NCBI GenBank assembly: GCA_963677435.1
Contig: OY781945.1
Coordinates: 960,001 to 1,024,000 of the forward strand
DNA: 64,000 nucleotides
Direction of reading: 5' to 3'
From: an uncultured Aliarcobacter sp.
GTDB taxonomy: Bacteria; Campylobacterota; Campylobacteria; Campylobacterales; Arcobacteraceae
The position numbers and the translations under genes were made by a program. A model generated the notes under the pieces. That model was not told the origin of the DNA, ran no database searches, and was given only the letters and a program-made list of their open reading frames with translations. Numbering within the stretch: position 1 is the stretch's first letter; each line of letters starts with the position of its first letter. This document shows positions 34,536 through 45,090 of the stretch, one piece after another.

Positions 34536-36368
34536 TTGAGTATACTCAGAGTGATGGTGCTTTCTTTCGTTTTTTTTGTATATTCAAATGCTTTTGAGAT
34601 TTCATCAAATGTCCAAAAATATAATATATTAGATAAATCTGATATTTATATTGACTATTCAGAACAGTTGAATTTTGAACAAATTAAGAGTAAAGAGTTC
34701 ATTAAAAACAGTGAACAATCATTAAGTTATGGATATTCACCAAAGTTTAATGTTTGGATAAAAGTCACACTTTCAAACTTGGAAAATAATACTTTACATA
34801 AAATTTTAGAATATGCAAATCCTTTAACTACAAATATTGAACTTTATGATTCTTCTGAGGGTTTAATAAAAAAAGAGGGTTTATTTAATATAAGTGAAAA
34901 TAGAAAATCTTTAAACCCAATCTTTAGAATTCAAATAAAACCTTATGAAACAAAAACTTATTATTTTAAAATAAATTCATCTATTACAACTTTGATAATA
35001 AATTTAAATCTTTGGGAATTAGAGCCTTTTTATCAAAATGAGATTTTGCATCAATCTATTTTAAATTTCTTTTTTGGTGCAATGGTGATTCTTGCTGTGT
35101 ATAATTTGTTTATTTACTTTTTCACAAAAGATAAAAATTACTTATTTTATGTATTTTATATTGTAGGTATTATTTTTCATCACTTATTATATGTTGGAGT
35201 AGGTTTTTTATATATTAATAATCCTGCAATAATAAAAATAATAACTAGTTTTTCATCCTTAATTGTGGGATTTCCTGTTTTTGCATTGGGTTTATTTACA
35301 AGGTCATTTTTGGATATTAGCAAATATCTTGTTGTTGATAAAATACTTAAAACATATCTATATCTTTTTCCTTTTATGCTTTCTGTTTCTCTCATTACGG
35401 ATGATTTTAATAAATATCGTAATATCTTTTCTATTTTTTTACTTATTCTTTTGTTTATTATTACTATTTATGCAACATTTAAAAAGAATAGACAAGCTTA
35501 TTTTATATTGTTTAGTTGGTTTATTTTTATATATGCTGGAATGTATATGTATTTAAGTAGTTTAGGTTTATTTAATGGATATAAAATTTTTCCATATTAT
35601 GTAGAAATATCTTTAGTTTTAGAAGCAATAATCTTTTCTATTGCTCTTACAGATAAAATCAAACAATTACAAAAACAAAAAGATTTTATATCTAATGAAT
35701 TTTTGATTCAACAAAAAAATGAAAAACAAAGATTACAAGTAATTGTAAATGAAAAAACAAAAGATTTAACCTTCGCCCTAGAAGAAAAAGAACTATTATT
35801 AAAAGAGCTAAATCATAGGGTTAAAAATAATATGCAGACAATTATTTCTTTGATTAGATTACAATGCATTGATATTGAAGATGAAAAAATACAAGATATA
35901 TTTTTAACTGTACAAAATAGAATAAAAGCTATGAGCCATTTACATGAACTTCTGCATGGACAAAATAGTGTAACAACAATTGATACAAATGAATATTTTA
36001 AAATATTGATTGAAGAGTTACAATATAGTTATGAAAAAAATATTAAAATAATTTATGACATAAAAACAAATCTGAAAATAGATAAAGCAATTTATTGTGG
36101 TTTGATTTTAAATGAACTTATTACAAACTGCTTTAAACATGCTTTTAATTCTCAAGAAGGAACAGTTCATATTTCATTAACTCAGATTGATTCATTGATT
36201 AAATTAAATGTTAAAGATAATGGAAAAGGTTTTGATAAGAGTAAATCGAGTGAGTCATTAGGATTAGTTTTAGTTCAGACTTTAGCAAAAGAACAATTAA
36301 AAGGTTCAATTCTTATAGAAGCTAAAAATGGTACAAATGTGATTATTTCATGGAGAGATGATGGATAA
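34536..36368 (+). CDS. 7TM-DISM-type sensor histidine kinase (HisKA_2-type)
   Basis: Periplasmic domain plus about 7 TM; LKELNHRVKNN, NELITNCFKHAF, DNGKG. Confidence 0.9.
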   Translation: MSILRVMVLSFVFFVYSNAFEISSNVQKYNILDKSDIYIDYSEQLNFEQIKSKEFIKNSEQSLSYGYSPKFNVWIKVTLSNLENNTLHKILEYANPLTTNIELYDSSEGLIKKEGLFNISENRKSLNPIFRIQIKPYETKTYYFKINSSITTLIINLNLWELEPFYQNEILHQSILNFFFGAMVILAVYNLFIYFFTKDKNYLFYVFYIVGIIFHHLLYVGVGFLYINNPAIIKIITSFSSLIVGFPVFALGLFTRSFLDISKYLVVDKILKTYLYLFPFMLSVSLITDDFNKYRNIFSIFLLILLFIITIYATFKKNRQAYFILFSWFIFIYAGMYMYLSSLGLFNGYKIFPYYVEISLVLEAIIFSIALTDKIKQLQKQKDFISNEFLIQQKNEKQRLQVIVNEKTKDLTFALEEKELLLKELNHRVKNNMQTIISLIRLQCIDIEDEKIQDIFLTVQNRIKAMSHLHELLHGQNSVTTIDTNEYFKILIEELQYSYEKNIKIIYDIKTNLKIDKAIYCGLILNELITNCFKHAFNSQEGTVHISLTQIDSLIKLNVKDNGKGFDKSKSSESLGLVLVQTLAKEQLKGSILIEAKNGTNVIISWRDDG

Positions 36369-37059
36369 AATTAAGATAATGATAGTTGAAGATGAAACAA
36401 TAGTTGCGTTGGAAATAAAAAGAACCCTCATGAAGTTAGGCTTTAATATTACAAATAGTGCAACAAATTATTATGATGCAATAGCTTTTGTTTTAGAAGA
36501 TGAACCTGATATTATAATCATGGATATAAATTTAGATAATAGTAGAGATGGCATTGAAACTGCAACTGATATAAAAAAAATTAAACCAGCAGTGGATATT
36601 TTGTATTTAACAGCTTTTCATGATAATGAGACTTTAAGAAGAGCTTCTATGACAAATCCTATTGCTTATCTTTTAAAACCTTATAACTTTGAAGAATTAA
36701 AAGCTACACTTTTTTTGGCAATTTATAAAAAAGAAAATAAGTATAAAAAGTTAAATATTGTTTCCGAAAATATTATATTGTTTGATGAAGATTATTATTT
36801 TGATAGAAATACTGATGAACTTTATTATAAAGAAGAAAAAATCAAACTAACACAAAAAGAAGTGATTTTATTAAAAATTTTAATAGAAGCAAAAGGTAAT
36901 ATTGTTCCGTTTAACATGCTTGAAAATTATGTTTGGCAAGATGAGATGGTATCAAAAGGTGCTTTTAGAACTTTATTATATAGATTAAGAACAAAGTTAG
37001 AACATAAATTTATTGAGACATTTCATAGTACAGGCGTAAAAATAAATATTAGTAAATAA
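36361..37059 (+). CDS. Response regulator with a winged-helix output domain
   Basis: MIVEDE, IMDINL, LLKP; RTLLYRLRTKL; start may be 36358. Confidence 0.92.
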   Translation: MDKIKIMIVEDETIVALEIKRTLMKLGFNITNSATNYYDAIAFVLEDEPDIIIMDINLDNSRDGIETATDIKKIKPAVDILYLTAFHDNETLRRASMTNPIAYLLKPYNFEELKATLFLAIYKKENKYKKLNIVSENIILFDEDYYFDRNTDELYYKEEKIKLTQKEVILLKILIEAKGNIVPFNMLENYVWQDEMVSKGAFRTLLYRLRTKLEHKFIETFHSTGVKINISK

Positions 37060-37102
37060 TATATATGCTAAAGAAAGTTTGTTTGAAATAATAGATAAAA
37101 AG

Positions 37103-37187
37103 TGGTGCGGTTAGCGAGATTTGAACTCGCACACCCGTAGGGCACTACCACCTCAAGGTAGCGTGTCTACCGTTCCACCATAACCGC
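37103..37187 (-). tRNA. tRNA-Leu (GAG)
   Basis: Reverse complement GCGGTTA...CTACC-TTGAGGT-GGTAG...long variable arm...TAACCGCACCA, 85 nt. Confidence 0.96.
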
Positions 37188-37292
37188 ACATCTTAAATTT
37201 AAATTTTAAAAATAAGGTTGGAATGTTACTATCATAATACTTCACATAAGTTTAAGTATTATGATAGTTTGTTTAGAAATAATAGAAAAGTT

Positions 37293-39416
37293 CTATTTAT
37301 TTCTAAACTCTTTTTCATTTACCGTTTCTAATATTTTTCTTGCAATATTTGATGTATTTATCGCAATATCATGGGTTTGTGTAGCAACTGAGGCATTATT
37401 TTGTGTTTGTCTATCTAATCTATTAACAACATCATTTATTTGCTCAATACTTGTTCTTTGTTCACGAGATGAAATTGAAATATCATTTATAACTTGAGTA
37501 GTTTTGCTGATATTTTCTTTTAATTTTACATATCCATTTATCATATCATCAGCAATTTTTTTACCACTGTTTGTTTTACTTGTAGCATTTTCAACAAGTT
37601 CTTTTATCTCTTTAGCAGCTTCAGCACTTCTTGAGGCTAGGTTTCGCACTTCTGCTGCAACAACTGCAAATCCTTTTCCAGCTTCTCCTGCTGTTGCTGC
37701 TTCAACAGCTGCATTTAAAGAAAGAATATTTGTTTGGAATGCAATTTGGTCAATAATAGTAATAGCATCAGCAATCGCTTTTGTTTGCTCATTTATTGAA
37801 TCCATTGATTCAACTGTGATATTTGCTAGTTTTTGACCCTCTTCAATAGAAGTAGATAATACCTTTGAGTGATTAGCCATTGTAGCAATTCGTTCAGTAT
37901 TATTAATAACTGTACTTGTAATTTCTTCAAGAGCAGCAGCAGTTTCTTCTAATGAAACAGCTGTTTCATTTGATGATTTATTTAATATATCAACATTTTC
38001 TAATAAAACTTTTGAGCTTTCATCTAGTGTTAAACCATTTGTTTTATTTTCATGAAGCATTTGATTAATAATATCTGACAAATTATTTAATCCAATTGCC
38101 ACATTCCCACTTGGGTTTGAAATATTGTTAACAAAATTTAATTTTGAATATTGTTCAAGTGAAGATAGAATAATGTTGATATCTTCATTTACATTACCTT
38201 TGATTGTTGTAATCATATCATTTAACATATTTTTTAATTCATTTAAAGATAGGTTAGAAGTTTCATTTTTGATTTGTAAGTTTAAATGACCTTCTTTAAC
38301 TCTATTTACAACATCTTTAACTTCTTCAATTAATTTTTTATCTTCATTTAAATTATGAGAAATTAATTCCATTTGTCTATCAATTTCTACTGCCATATTT
38401 CCAAATTCATCATTTGTTTTTATGTTAAGTTTATTAATACTTTTTTCTTGACCTTTTAAATATCTAAAGAAGAAGTTCAATCCATCTTCAAGAGTTTTTA
38501 ATGGTGCTAATATTTTAACTAGAGCAAAAAATAATATAGCTAATATTATTAGTAATAAAATAATATATAAAACTATGTCTTTTATTAAATTAGCGTTTAT
38601 TTTATTTGAAATAGCTTTTTTATCTAATTGAATTACTAATTTCCAGTTTGTAATAGGAACTGAACTATACGCAATTAGTTGAGGATTATTTTCATCTAAA
38701 GCTTCATCAAAATGTAATTTATCTTCACTTTTAATTTGTTCATAAATTTTATTTTGAGTGTTAAAAAGCTTAGCATCTTTATGAATTAAAGTTTTACCTT
38801 GATTATCTATAAGATAAGCAAAACCTTCTTGCCCAAGATTTACATTTAAAACTGTATTAACAACAGTATCAAGTTGAATATCTGAACCAATAACGCCAAT
38901 TACTTTTCCATCTCTTTTTACTGGGGCTGATACTGAGATAACTAATTTTTTTGTACTATAATCAATGTATGGTTCACTAACTCCCGCCCCATCTAACTCA
39001 ACTGCTTTTTTGAACCAAGGTCTAGCTCTTGCATCATAATCGTGAGTTTGAGGTGTTCTATAAGTTGCATCAAATTGTAAAAAATTTCCATTTTCTGCTA
39101 TTCCTAAATACAATCCTGAAAATTTACCTGATAAGTTACCTAAACGCAATTTATCAACAATTTCTTTATTTTTTACATCTAGTGGTAGTGTTGATACCTC
39201 AAGTGCCACTGCTTCAACAATGTCAATTTTTGATTGAAGATAGTTGTTAATAGACTTTGAAGTTTCTTTTGCTAAATCTAGTTCTTTTTGCTTAATTAAA
39301 TTATACTCTGAAGTATAGTTGTTATAAGCATTATAAAAACCTAAGATAATGAAAGAAATAGATATGCTAAATAGTGTTAGCATAAGAAGTTTATTTTTAA
39401 TTGTGCTATTTTTCAA
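37293..39416 (-). CDS. Methyl-accepting chemotaxis protein with a dCache domain
   Basis: [45 protein letters not shown]. Confidence 0.95.
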   Translation of the reverse strand: MKNSTIKNKLLMLTLFSISISFIILGFYNAYNNYTSEYNLIKQKELDLAKETSKSINNYLQSKIDIVEAVALEVSTLPLDVKNKEIVDKLRLGNLSGKFSGLYLGIAENGNFLQFDATYRTPQTHDYDARARPWFKKAVELDGAGVSEPYIDYSTKKLVISVSAPVKRDGKVIGVIGSDIQLDTVVNTVLNVNLGQEGFAYLIDNQGKTLIHKDAKLFNTQNKIYEQIKSEDKLHFDEALDENNPQLIAYSSVPITNWKLVIQLDKKAISNKINANLIKDIVLYIILLLIILAILFFALVKILAPLKTLEDGLNFFFRYLKGQEKSINKLNIKTNDEFGNMAVEIDRQMELISHNLNEDKKLIEEVKDVVNRVKEGHLNLQIKNETSNLSLNELKNMLNDMITTIKGNVNEDINIILSSLEQYSKLNFVNNISNPSGNVAIGLNNLSDIINQMLHENKTNGLTLDESSKVLLENVDILNKSSNETAVSLEETAAALEEITSTVINNTERIATMANHSKVLSTSIEEGQKLANITVESMDSINEQTKAIADAITIIDQIAFQTNILSLNAAVEAATAGEAGKGFAVVAAEVRNLASRSAEAAKEIKELVENATSKTNSGKKIADDMINGYVKLKENISKTTQVINDISISSREQRTSIEQINDVVNRLDRQTQNNASVATQTHDIAINTSNIARKILETVNEKEFRNK

Positions 39417-39445
39417 ATTTTTGCCTTTTTATAGTTTAAAAGATT

Positions 39446-39478
39446 ATTATATCACTGAACAGTGTCATAAAGGTGTCA
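39446..39478 (-). promoter_or_regulatory. MCP promoter with a TGACAC direct repeat (OmpR/PhoB-type geometry)
   Basis: Minus strand TGACAC-N5-TGACAC, 10 nt, TATAAT (with an extended -10 TG). Confidence 0.55.
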
Positions 39479-39500
39479 ATTTGAAGAAAAACTTAAATAA

Positions 39501-39536
39501 AAAAAGGGGTCAAAAAGATAAACTTTTTGACCCCTT
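39501..39536 (-). terminator. Rho-independent terminator of atpE
   Basis: AAGGGGTCAAAAAG...CTTTTTGACCCCTT stem with a U-tract on the minus strand. Confidence 0.85.
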
Positions 39537-39565
39537 GGAAGTTATTAAATCTGTAGATTTAAAGA

Positions 39566-39880
39566 TTATCCTAAAAATGGATTTGCATATAATGCAATCA
39601 TAGCAACAACAAGTGCATAAATAACTTGTGCTTCGATCATCGCTAAAGCAATGAACATAGTTGTCATTAATTTTCCACCTAAACCTGGGTTTCTAGCAGT
39701 ACCAGCAATAGTTGCAGCAGCAGTATTACCCATACCAATAGCACCACCAAGTGCAGCAAGACCTAATCCAATTCCAGCAGCTACTACAGAGTAAGCTTTT
39801 AAAGTTTGGTTAGCAACTTCACCATCAGCAGCAAATGCAACAGCAGCAATAGCTAACATTAAAAGAACGATTTTTTTCAT
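39566..39880 (-). CDS. atpE: F0F1 ATP synthase subunit c, stand-alone
   Basis: GLAALGGAIGMG, ARNP, IEAQVIY; N-terminal signal-like extension. Confidence 0.96.
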   Translation of the reverse strand: MKKIVLLMLAIAAVAFAADGEVANQTLKAYSVVAAGIGLGLAALGGAIGMGNTAAATIAGTARNPGLGGKLMTTMFIALAMIEAQVIYALVVAMIALYANPFLG

Positions 39881-39903
39881 TCTAGATCCTTATATTTTAT
39901 TAT

Positions 39904-39955
39904 TTCCAAAGTCTGTTCGGCTTGCGTATCCCTACTTAACACTTTGAGTGCCGTG
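39904..39955 (-). promoter_or_regulatory. Candidate structured 5' leader of atpE
   Basis: GC-richer segment after TATAAT (39956-39961); TCAAAGT/ACTTTGG and GTT/AAC pairings enclosing GTA-GGGA-TAC-GCAAGCCG. Confidence 0.4.
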
Positions 39956-40054
39956 ATTATATATAAAAAAAAATAAAATAAAGCTAAAAATTCTATTTTC
40001 TTTCTATTTACCATTATTTGATATAATGGCTTCATTCATGAAAAAAGGTTGCAA

Positions 40055-42139
40055 ATGAAGAAAATATTTTTATCACTTACACTTATAATTATTCTTATAT
40101 TAGGTTCAATTTATGGGTTGTTATTTACTAAATTTGGAAATAATATAGTTTCATCATATATTGAAAGAAAAGTTAATTTAGATCAAAAAGATGTTAAGTT
40201 GAAAGTTAATGATTTTACATTAACTTTAAATCATCTAAATTTTGATGCGATGATAAATGATAATTCAAAAATAAATATTTCTGGAGATTTGTCTGTTCTA
40301 AAAAAGAGTGTTGATTTAAAATATGATATAAAAATTAATGAATTAGCTACTCTTAAAAATTTAACAAAATTAGAGTTTAGAGGTCCACTTGTAACAAGTG
40401 GAATTTTTATTGGTAATGAAAAAGAAGCAATAATTCAAGGTATTTCAGATATTGCACAAAGTCAAACTAAATATTATTTTAACTTAGAACATTTTGAACC
40501 TACAAATATAAATGTTCAAATAAAAGATGCAAAAATCGAAGATTTATTAGTTTTATTAAATAAACCAGCTTATGCAAAAGGTGATTTATCTATTTTAGCA
40601 GATATTAAAAATGCAAATATTTCAACTTTAGATGGAATGATTGTTTCAAAAATCACAAATGCAAAAATCAATAATCAAGTTATAAATAAAGAGTTTGATC
40701 AAACATTTACATCTCCAATTAGTTTTCATAGTGATATAAATGCACTTTTATATCCAAATAAAGCAGAAATAAAAACAGAATTAATAAGCTCAATTGCTGA
40801 TATTTTTATGGATAAAACTTCTGTTGATTTATCTTCAAAAGAAATAAAATCTGATTATAAAATTGATGTTAAAAATTTAAGTAAATTAGAAGGCTTATTT
40901 TCAAAAAAATTAAATGGTGAGTTTTCTACAAATGGAAACATAAAATCTTCTGATGATATAGTCGAGATTGATGGTACTTCAAATATATTTGAAAGTTCAA
41001 CAAAATTTGATACTAAATTAAAAGATTTTAAACCCTCATATCTTAAATTTTCTATTGAAAATGCAAAATTAGAAAAACTACTTCAAATGTTAAATGAACC
41101 AATTTATGCTGTTGGAGATTTAAATATTCAAGGTGATATAAAAAATGCAAATTTGGATAAATTAGATGGAACAATTAGTTCTAAAATAACTAATGCTTCA
41201 ATTGTAAATGAAGTTGCAAATACTGTATTTAATGAGAATTTACAAGAAAAAGTAAATTTTGATTTAAATGTTGATACAAATTTAGTATCAAATCAAGCTG
41301 TTTCAAAAGCAACTTTACAAACTACACTAGGAAATTTAACTACGCAAAAAAGTGTATATGACTTTGGCGATAATTCATTTAATAGTGATTATTTATTAAA
41401 TCTTCCATCTTTAGAAAAAATGAAAAATCTTTTAAAAATTAATTTAAGAGGTAAAATGGATATAAACGGAAATATCTCAAATAAAAATGAATCTTTTTTA
41501 TTAGATGGAAAGTCTAATACTTTAGGTGGAGTTTTTGACTTTAATTTAGAAAATAATAAGTTAAATGCAAATTTAAAAGATATAGATATACAAGAGTTAT
41601 TAAATATGTTAACTTATCCAACAATATTTGATTCAAAAGGAAGTTTTGTACTTGATTATGATTTATTGCTTAAAAAAGGTGAACTTGCAGGAAATTTACT
41701 TAATGGGCATTTTTTACCAAATGATTTTTCTGTTATAGTTGATAAATTGGCAAAATTTGATTTAACAAAAGAGGTTTATGAAACTTTTGATATAAACAGT
41801 CAAATCAACGATAGAGTTTTAACATCTGATTTAACAATGAAAAGTGCAAATACTCAAATTGATATAAAAGATTCTATATTAGATTTACAACAAAAACAAA
41901 TTGATGCATCTATTAATGCTACAATAAAAGATAATACTTTTGTTGTAGGTGTAAAAGGGGATACTTCAAATCCTAAAATCTCTTTTAATACAAAAGATTT
42001 AATAAAAGAAGAGATAAATAAACAACTTGAAAAAAAGAAAGATAAAATAGAAGAGAAGTTAAATAAAGTTTTAGGTGGAAACATAGAAGATGATAAAGCC
42101 AAAAAACTTATTGAAAATCTAAAATCTTTAATAAAATAG
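40055..42139 (+). CDS. AsmA/TamB-like beta-rich protein with an N-terminal membrane anchor and internal repeats
   Basis: N-terminal TM helix, about 180-aa internal repeats, C-terminal VKGDTSNPKISF. Confidence 0.7.
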   Translation: MKKIFLSLTLIIILILGSIYGLLFTKFGNNIVSSYIERKVNLDQKDVKLKVNDFTLTLNHLNFDAMINDNSKINISGDLSVLKKSVDLKYDIKINELATLKNLTKLEFRGPLVTSGIFIGNEKEAIIQGISDIAQSQTKYYFNLEHFEPTNINVQIKDAKIEDLLVLLNKPAYAKGDLSILADIKNANISTLDGMIVSKITNAKINNQVINKEFDQTFTSPISFHSDINALLYPNKAEIKTELISSIADIFMDKTSVDLSSKEIKSDYKIDVKNLSKLEGLFSKKLNGEFSTNGNIKSSDDIVEIDGTSNIFESSTKFDTKLKDFKPSYLKFSIENAKLEKLLQMLNEPIYAVGDLNIQGDIKNANLDKLDGTISSKITNASIVNEVANTVFNENLQEKVNFDLNVDTNLVSNQAVSKATLQTTLGNLTTQKSVYDFGDNSFNSDYLLNLPSLEKMKNLLKINLRGKMDINGNISNKNESFLLDGKSNTLGGVFDFNLENNKLNANLKDIDIQELLNMLTYPTIFDSKGSFVLDYDLLLKKGELAGNLLNGHFLPNDFSVIVDKLAKFDLTKEVYETFDINSQINDRVLTSDLTMKSANTQIDIKDSILDLQQKQIDASINATIKDNTFVVGVKGDTSNPKISFNTKDLIKEEINKQLEKKKDKIEEKLNKVLGGNIEDDKAKKLIENLKSLIK

Positions 42140-42286
42140 AGTTATAACTCTATTTTATCTTCTTCATAAACTCAAAAATATATCGTTCCATTTAAGTGCT
42201 TTTTCATTTATTTAATAACATTTTATTTTCTAAATAGCTTATTTTTAATCAGAAACTTTAATATTATACTAATTGCTAAATTGTTA

Positions 42287-42301
42287 TGATAATTATTATC
42301 A
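42287..42301. promoter_or_regulatory. Perfect Fur box upstream of the imelysin operon
   Basis: TGATAAT-T-ATTATCA; second weaker box at 42344-42358. Confidence 0.85.
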
Positions 42302-42377
42302 ATTTAAGAAAAGTAAAAGTTTAATTTCGGTTTAATTCATTAATGATAATTAATATTAAGATTAAAAAAGGAATTAA

Positions 42378-43730
42378 ATGTTAGATTTTAGTAAAAAAGT
42401 ACTAGTTTCACTATCTGTTGTAACTGCTGTTGCATTAACAAGTTGTGTAGCTTCTGAAAATGTAGTTCATAAAAAAGAAGTAACAAAAAATAATTCATTT
42501 TTGAATGCATATGCAGATATAGCATTAGCGAATTATACGGATACATTAAATGATGCGATCTCTTTAAAAAATGCAATTGATATTTTTGCAAAAAATCCAA
42601 CTCAAGAAAACCTAGATAAAGCAAAAAGTGCTTGGATAGAATCAAGAGAATCTTATGGTCAAAGTGAAATTTTTAGACTTTCAAATGGTCCTATTGATTC
42701 AGAAGAGGGTTGGATAGCAGAAGCTTATGGTGCACCTGAGGGACAAATCAATGCTTGGCCACTTGATGAAAATATGATAGATTATACAATTGATGCTGAT
42801 GGAAAATTAACTTCTGGAAATATTATTGATACAGTAGGAAAATTTAATCCAGGTGGAGAAGAATCAAAAGAAGTTGATGTTACTAAAATTACAGTTGATG
42901 CTATTACAGAATTAAATGAAAATGGTGGAGATGCAAATGTTGCAACTGGTTACCATGCTATTGAGTTTTTATTATGGGGACAAGATCAAGATTATTCTAA
43001 CTTCTTAAAAGATAGCGTAACTCCTGGTGCAATGACAGCTGGACTTAGACCTTTAAAAGATTTTACAACTGAAAAAAATGCAGATAGAAGATTAGCATAT
43101 TTACAAGCATCTGCTGAAAAATTAGTTAATGATTTAGCAGCAGTAAAATCAGCTTGGGAAAAAAATGTTGATGGAACAAAAGGTTTATATCAAGCAGCAT
43201 TAAAAGGTAAATTAACAGGCGCAAATGCTTCTAAAAATATTGAATCAGCACAAGCTTTAAAACAAATCATTGCAGGAATGGGTGTATTTATTAAATCTGA
43301 ATTAGCAAACGAAAGAATTGCTGTTGCTGTTTTAACTCCAAGTGAAGAAGATGAGCATTCTTGTTTTTCTGATAATACACATAGAGACATTGTAAATGAT
43401 TATGTAGGATTCAAAAATGTATTAACTGCAACATATAAAGGTAAAAAATATGGTGCTTCTTTATTAGATGCAGTTGATGCTAAAACAAAAACTAGAATTG
43501 AAAATTTAATGAAATCAATTGAAGATAAAATTAATAATATTGATGAAGTTGCAAAAACAAAAGAACACTTTGATTATCAAATCAGACCAGATAGTCCACA
43601 AGCAAAAGTTATTGTAAAACTTAAAAATGAGTTGAGAAAACTAGGTGATGAAATGGTAAATGTGGCAGCTGCAAATAAAATTAGTTTAAGTACAGATGAT
43701 GTTACAGATCCAGAAGAAACTAAACTATAA
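42378..43730 (+). CDS. Imelysin-family (IrpA-like) iron-regulated lipoprotein
   Basis: Lipobox LTSC; INAWPLDE, GYHAIEFLLWGQD, EDEHSCFSDNT. Confidence 0.92.
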   Translation: MLDFSKKVLVSLSVVTAVALTSCVASENVVHKKEVTKNNSFLNAYADIALANYTDTLNDAISLKNAIDIFAKNPTQENLDKAKSAWIESRESYGQSEIFRLSNGPIDSEEGWIAEAYGAPEGQINAWPLDENMIDYTIDADGKLTSGNIIDTVGKFNPGGEESKEVDVTKITVDAITELNENGGDANVATGYHAIEFLLWGQDQDYSNFLKDSVTPGAMTAGLRPLKDFTTEKNADRRLAYLQASAEKLVNDLAAVKSAWEKNVDGTKGLYQAALKGKLTGANASKNIESAQALKQIIAGMGVFIKSELANERIAVAVLTPSEEDEHSCFSDNTHRDIVNDYVGFKNVLTATYKGKKYGASLLDAVDAKTKTRIENLMKSIEDKINNIDEVAKTKEHFDYQIRPDSPQAKVIVKLKNELRKLGDEMVNVAAANKISLSTDDVTDPEETKL

Positions 43731-45090
43731 TTTGTTAAAAAAGTTCATTATTTTAGAAAGCCTTGTAGTAATATTTACTACAGGGCTTTTTGCCGTTGAT
43801 AACAGTAGTAAATTTTTATCAAATGATAAAAGTAGTTCAATACTTTTAAAACCTATTGATAAGTTAAATAATGATGAATATGACAAATTTATCTTAGGTA
43901 GAAGTTTTTTCTCAATTCCTTGGGTTGAAGCACCAGCAATTACAACTGCAAGAGATGGTTTAGGACCACTTTTTAATGCAAATACCTGTGTTAGCTGCCA
44001 TCCTGGAAATGGGAAAGGCACACTATTTAATAAAGATGGATTTGTTTCAAGATCATTAGTTGCAAGATTATCTGTTGATGCTACAAATTCAAAGCAAGAT
44101 CAAGATTTTTTGAAATATAAAGGTTTTGTTCCCCATAGTGTTTATGGAAATCAATTATCAATTAATGGAATTCATGGGGTTGATTTTGAGGGTAATATAA
44201 AAGTAGATTTTGAAGAGAAAGAAGTTTTATTTCCAGATGGAGAAAAACAAATTTTATTAAAACCAAAATACTCTTTGATAAATTTAAATTATGGAAATTT
44301 AGATAATGCAAATATATCATATAGATTAGCTCCAAGCTTAAATGGTATGGGTTTAATTAGTTTAATTTCAGATGAAGATATTTTAAAGAATGTTGATATA
44401 AATGATGCAAATGGTGATGGAATATCGGGTAAAGCAAATTGGGTATATTCAAATATTACAAAAAAAACTGAACTAGGAAAATATACTTGGAAAGCAAGTG
44501 TTTACTCTTTAAAAGAGCAAGTTGCAGGTGCTGCTAATAATGATATGGGACTTACAACATCAATTTTCCCTAATGATAATTGTACTTCATCTCAAAAAGC
44601 TTGTAATGAAGCACCAAAGGCAAAAGATGCCATTGATATACCAGATGAGAGACTTGATGCCATTACATATTATTTAAAACATACAAAAACTTATACTCCT
44701 AAAATTACAAAAGAGTATAAAGAAGGTTTAGAGATATTTGAACAAATCTCATGTGTAAAGTGTCATATCAGTAGTTTTGATACAAAAGAAGGTTTTAAAG
44801 TTTTCCCTTATTCGGATTTTTTACTTCATGATATGGGTGAAGATTTAAGTGATGGAAGAGTTGAATTTAAAGCAGACAAAAATGAGTGGAGAACTGCTCC
44901 TTTATGGGGACTTGCTCTTCATGAAAAAATAAATAAACAAAACCCTAGACTTTTACATGATGGAAGAGCTAGAAGTTTTCAAGAGGCAATTTTGTGGCAC
45001 GGTGGAGAAGCAATTCAAAGTAAAGAAAATTTTATGAATCTACCAAAAGAACAAAGAGAAAAATTAATTAAATTTTTACAGGAGTTATAA
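43696..45090 (+). CDS. Di-heme oxidoreductase (DHOR) family protein
   Basis: DGLGPLFN, CVSCH, CVKCH, LLHDMG, WRTAPLWG, LHDGRAR; start may be TTG 43732. Confidence 0.9.
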   Translation: MMLQIQKKLNYNLLKKFIILESLVVIFTTGLFAVDNSSKFLSNDKSSSILLKPIDKLNNDEYDKFILGRSFFSIPWVEAPAITTARDGLGPLFNANTCVSCHPGNGKGTLFNKDGFVSRSLVARLSVDATNSKQDQDFLKYKGFVPHSVYGNQLSINGIHGVDFEGNIKVDFEEKEVLFPDGEKQILLKPKYSLINLNYGNLDNANISYRLAPSLNGMGLISLISDEDILKNVDINDANGDGISGKANWVYSNITKKTELGKYTWKASVYSLKEQVAGAANNDMGLTTSIFPNDNCTSSQKACNEAPKAKDAIDIPDERLDAITYYLKHTKTYTPKITKEYKEGLEIFEQISCVKCHISSFDTKEGFKVFPYSDFLLHDMGEDLSDGRVEFKADKNEWRTAPLWGLALHEKINKQNPRLLHDGRARSFQEAILWHGGEAIQSKENFMNLPKEQREKLIKFLQEL

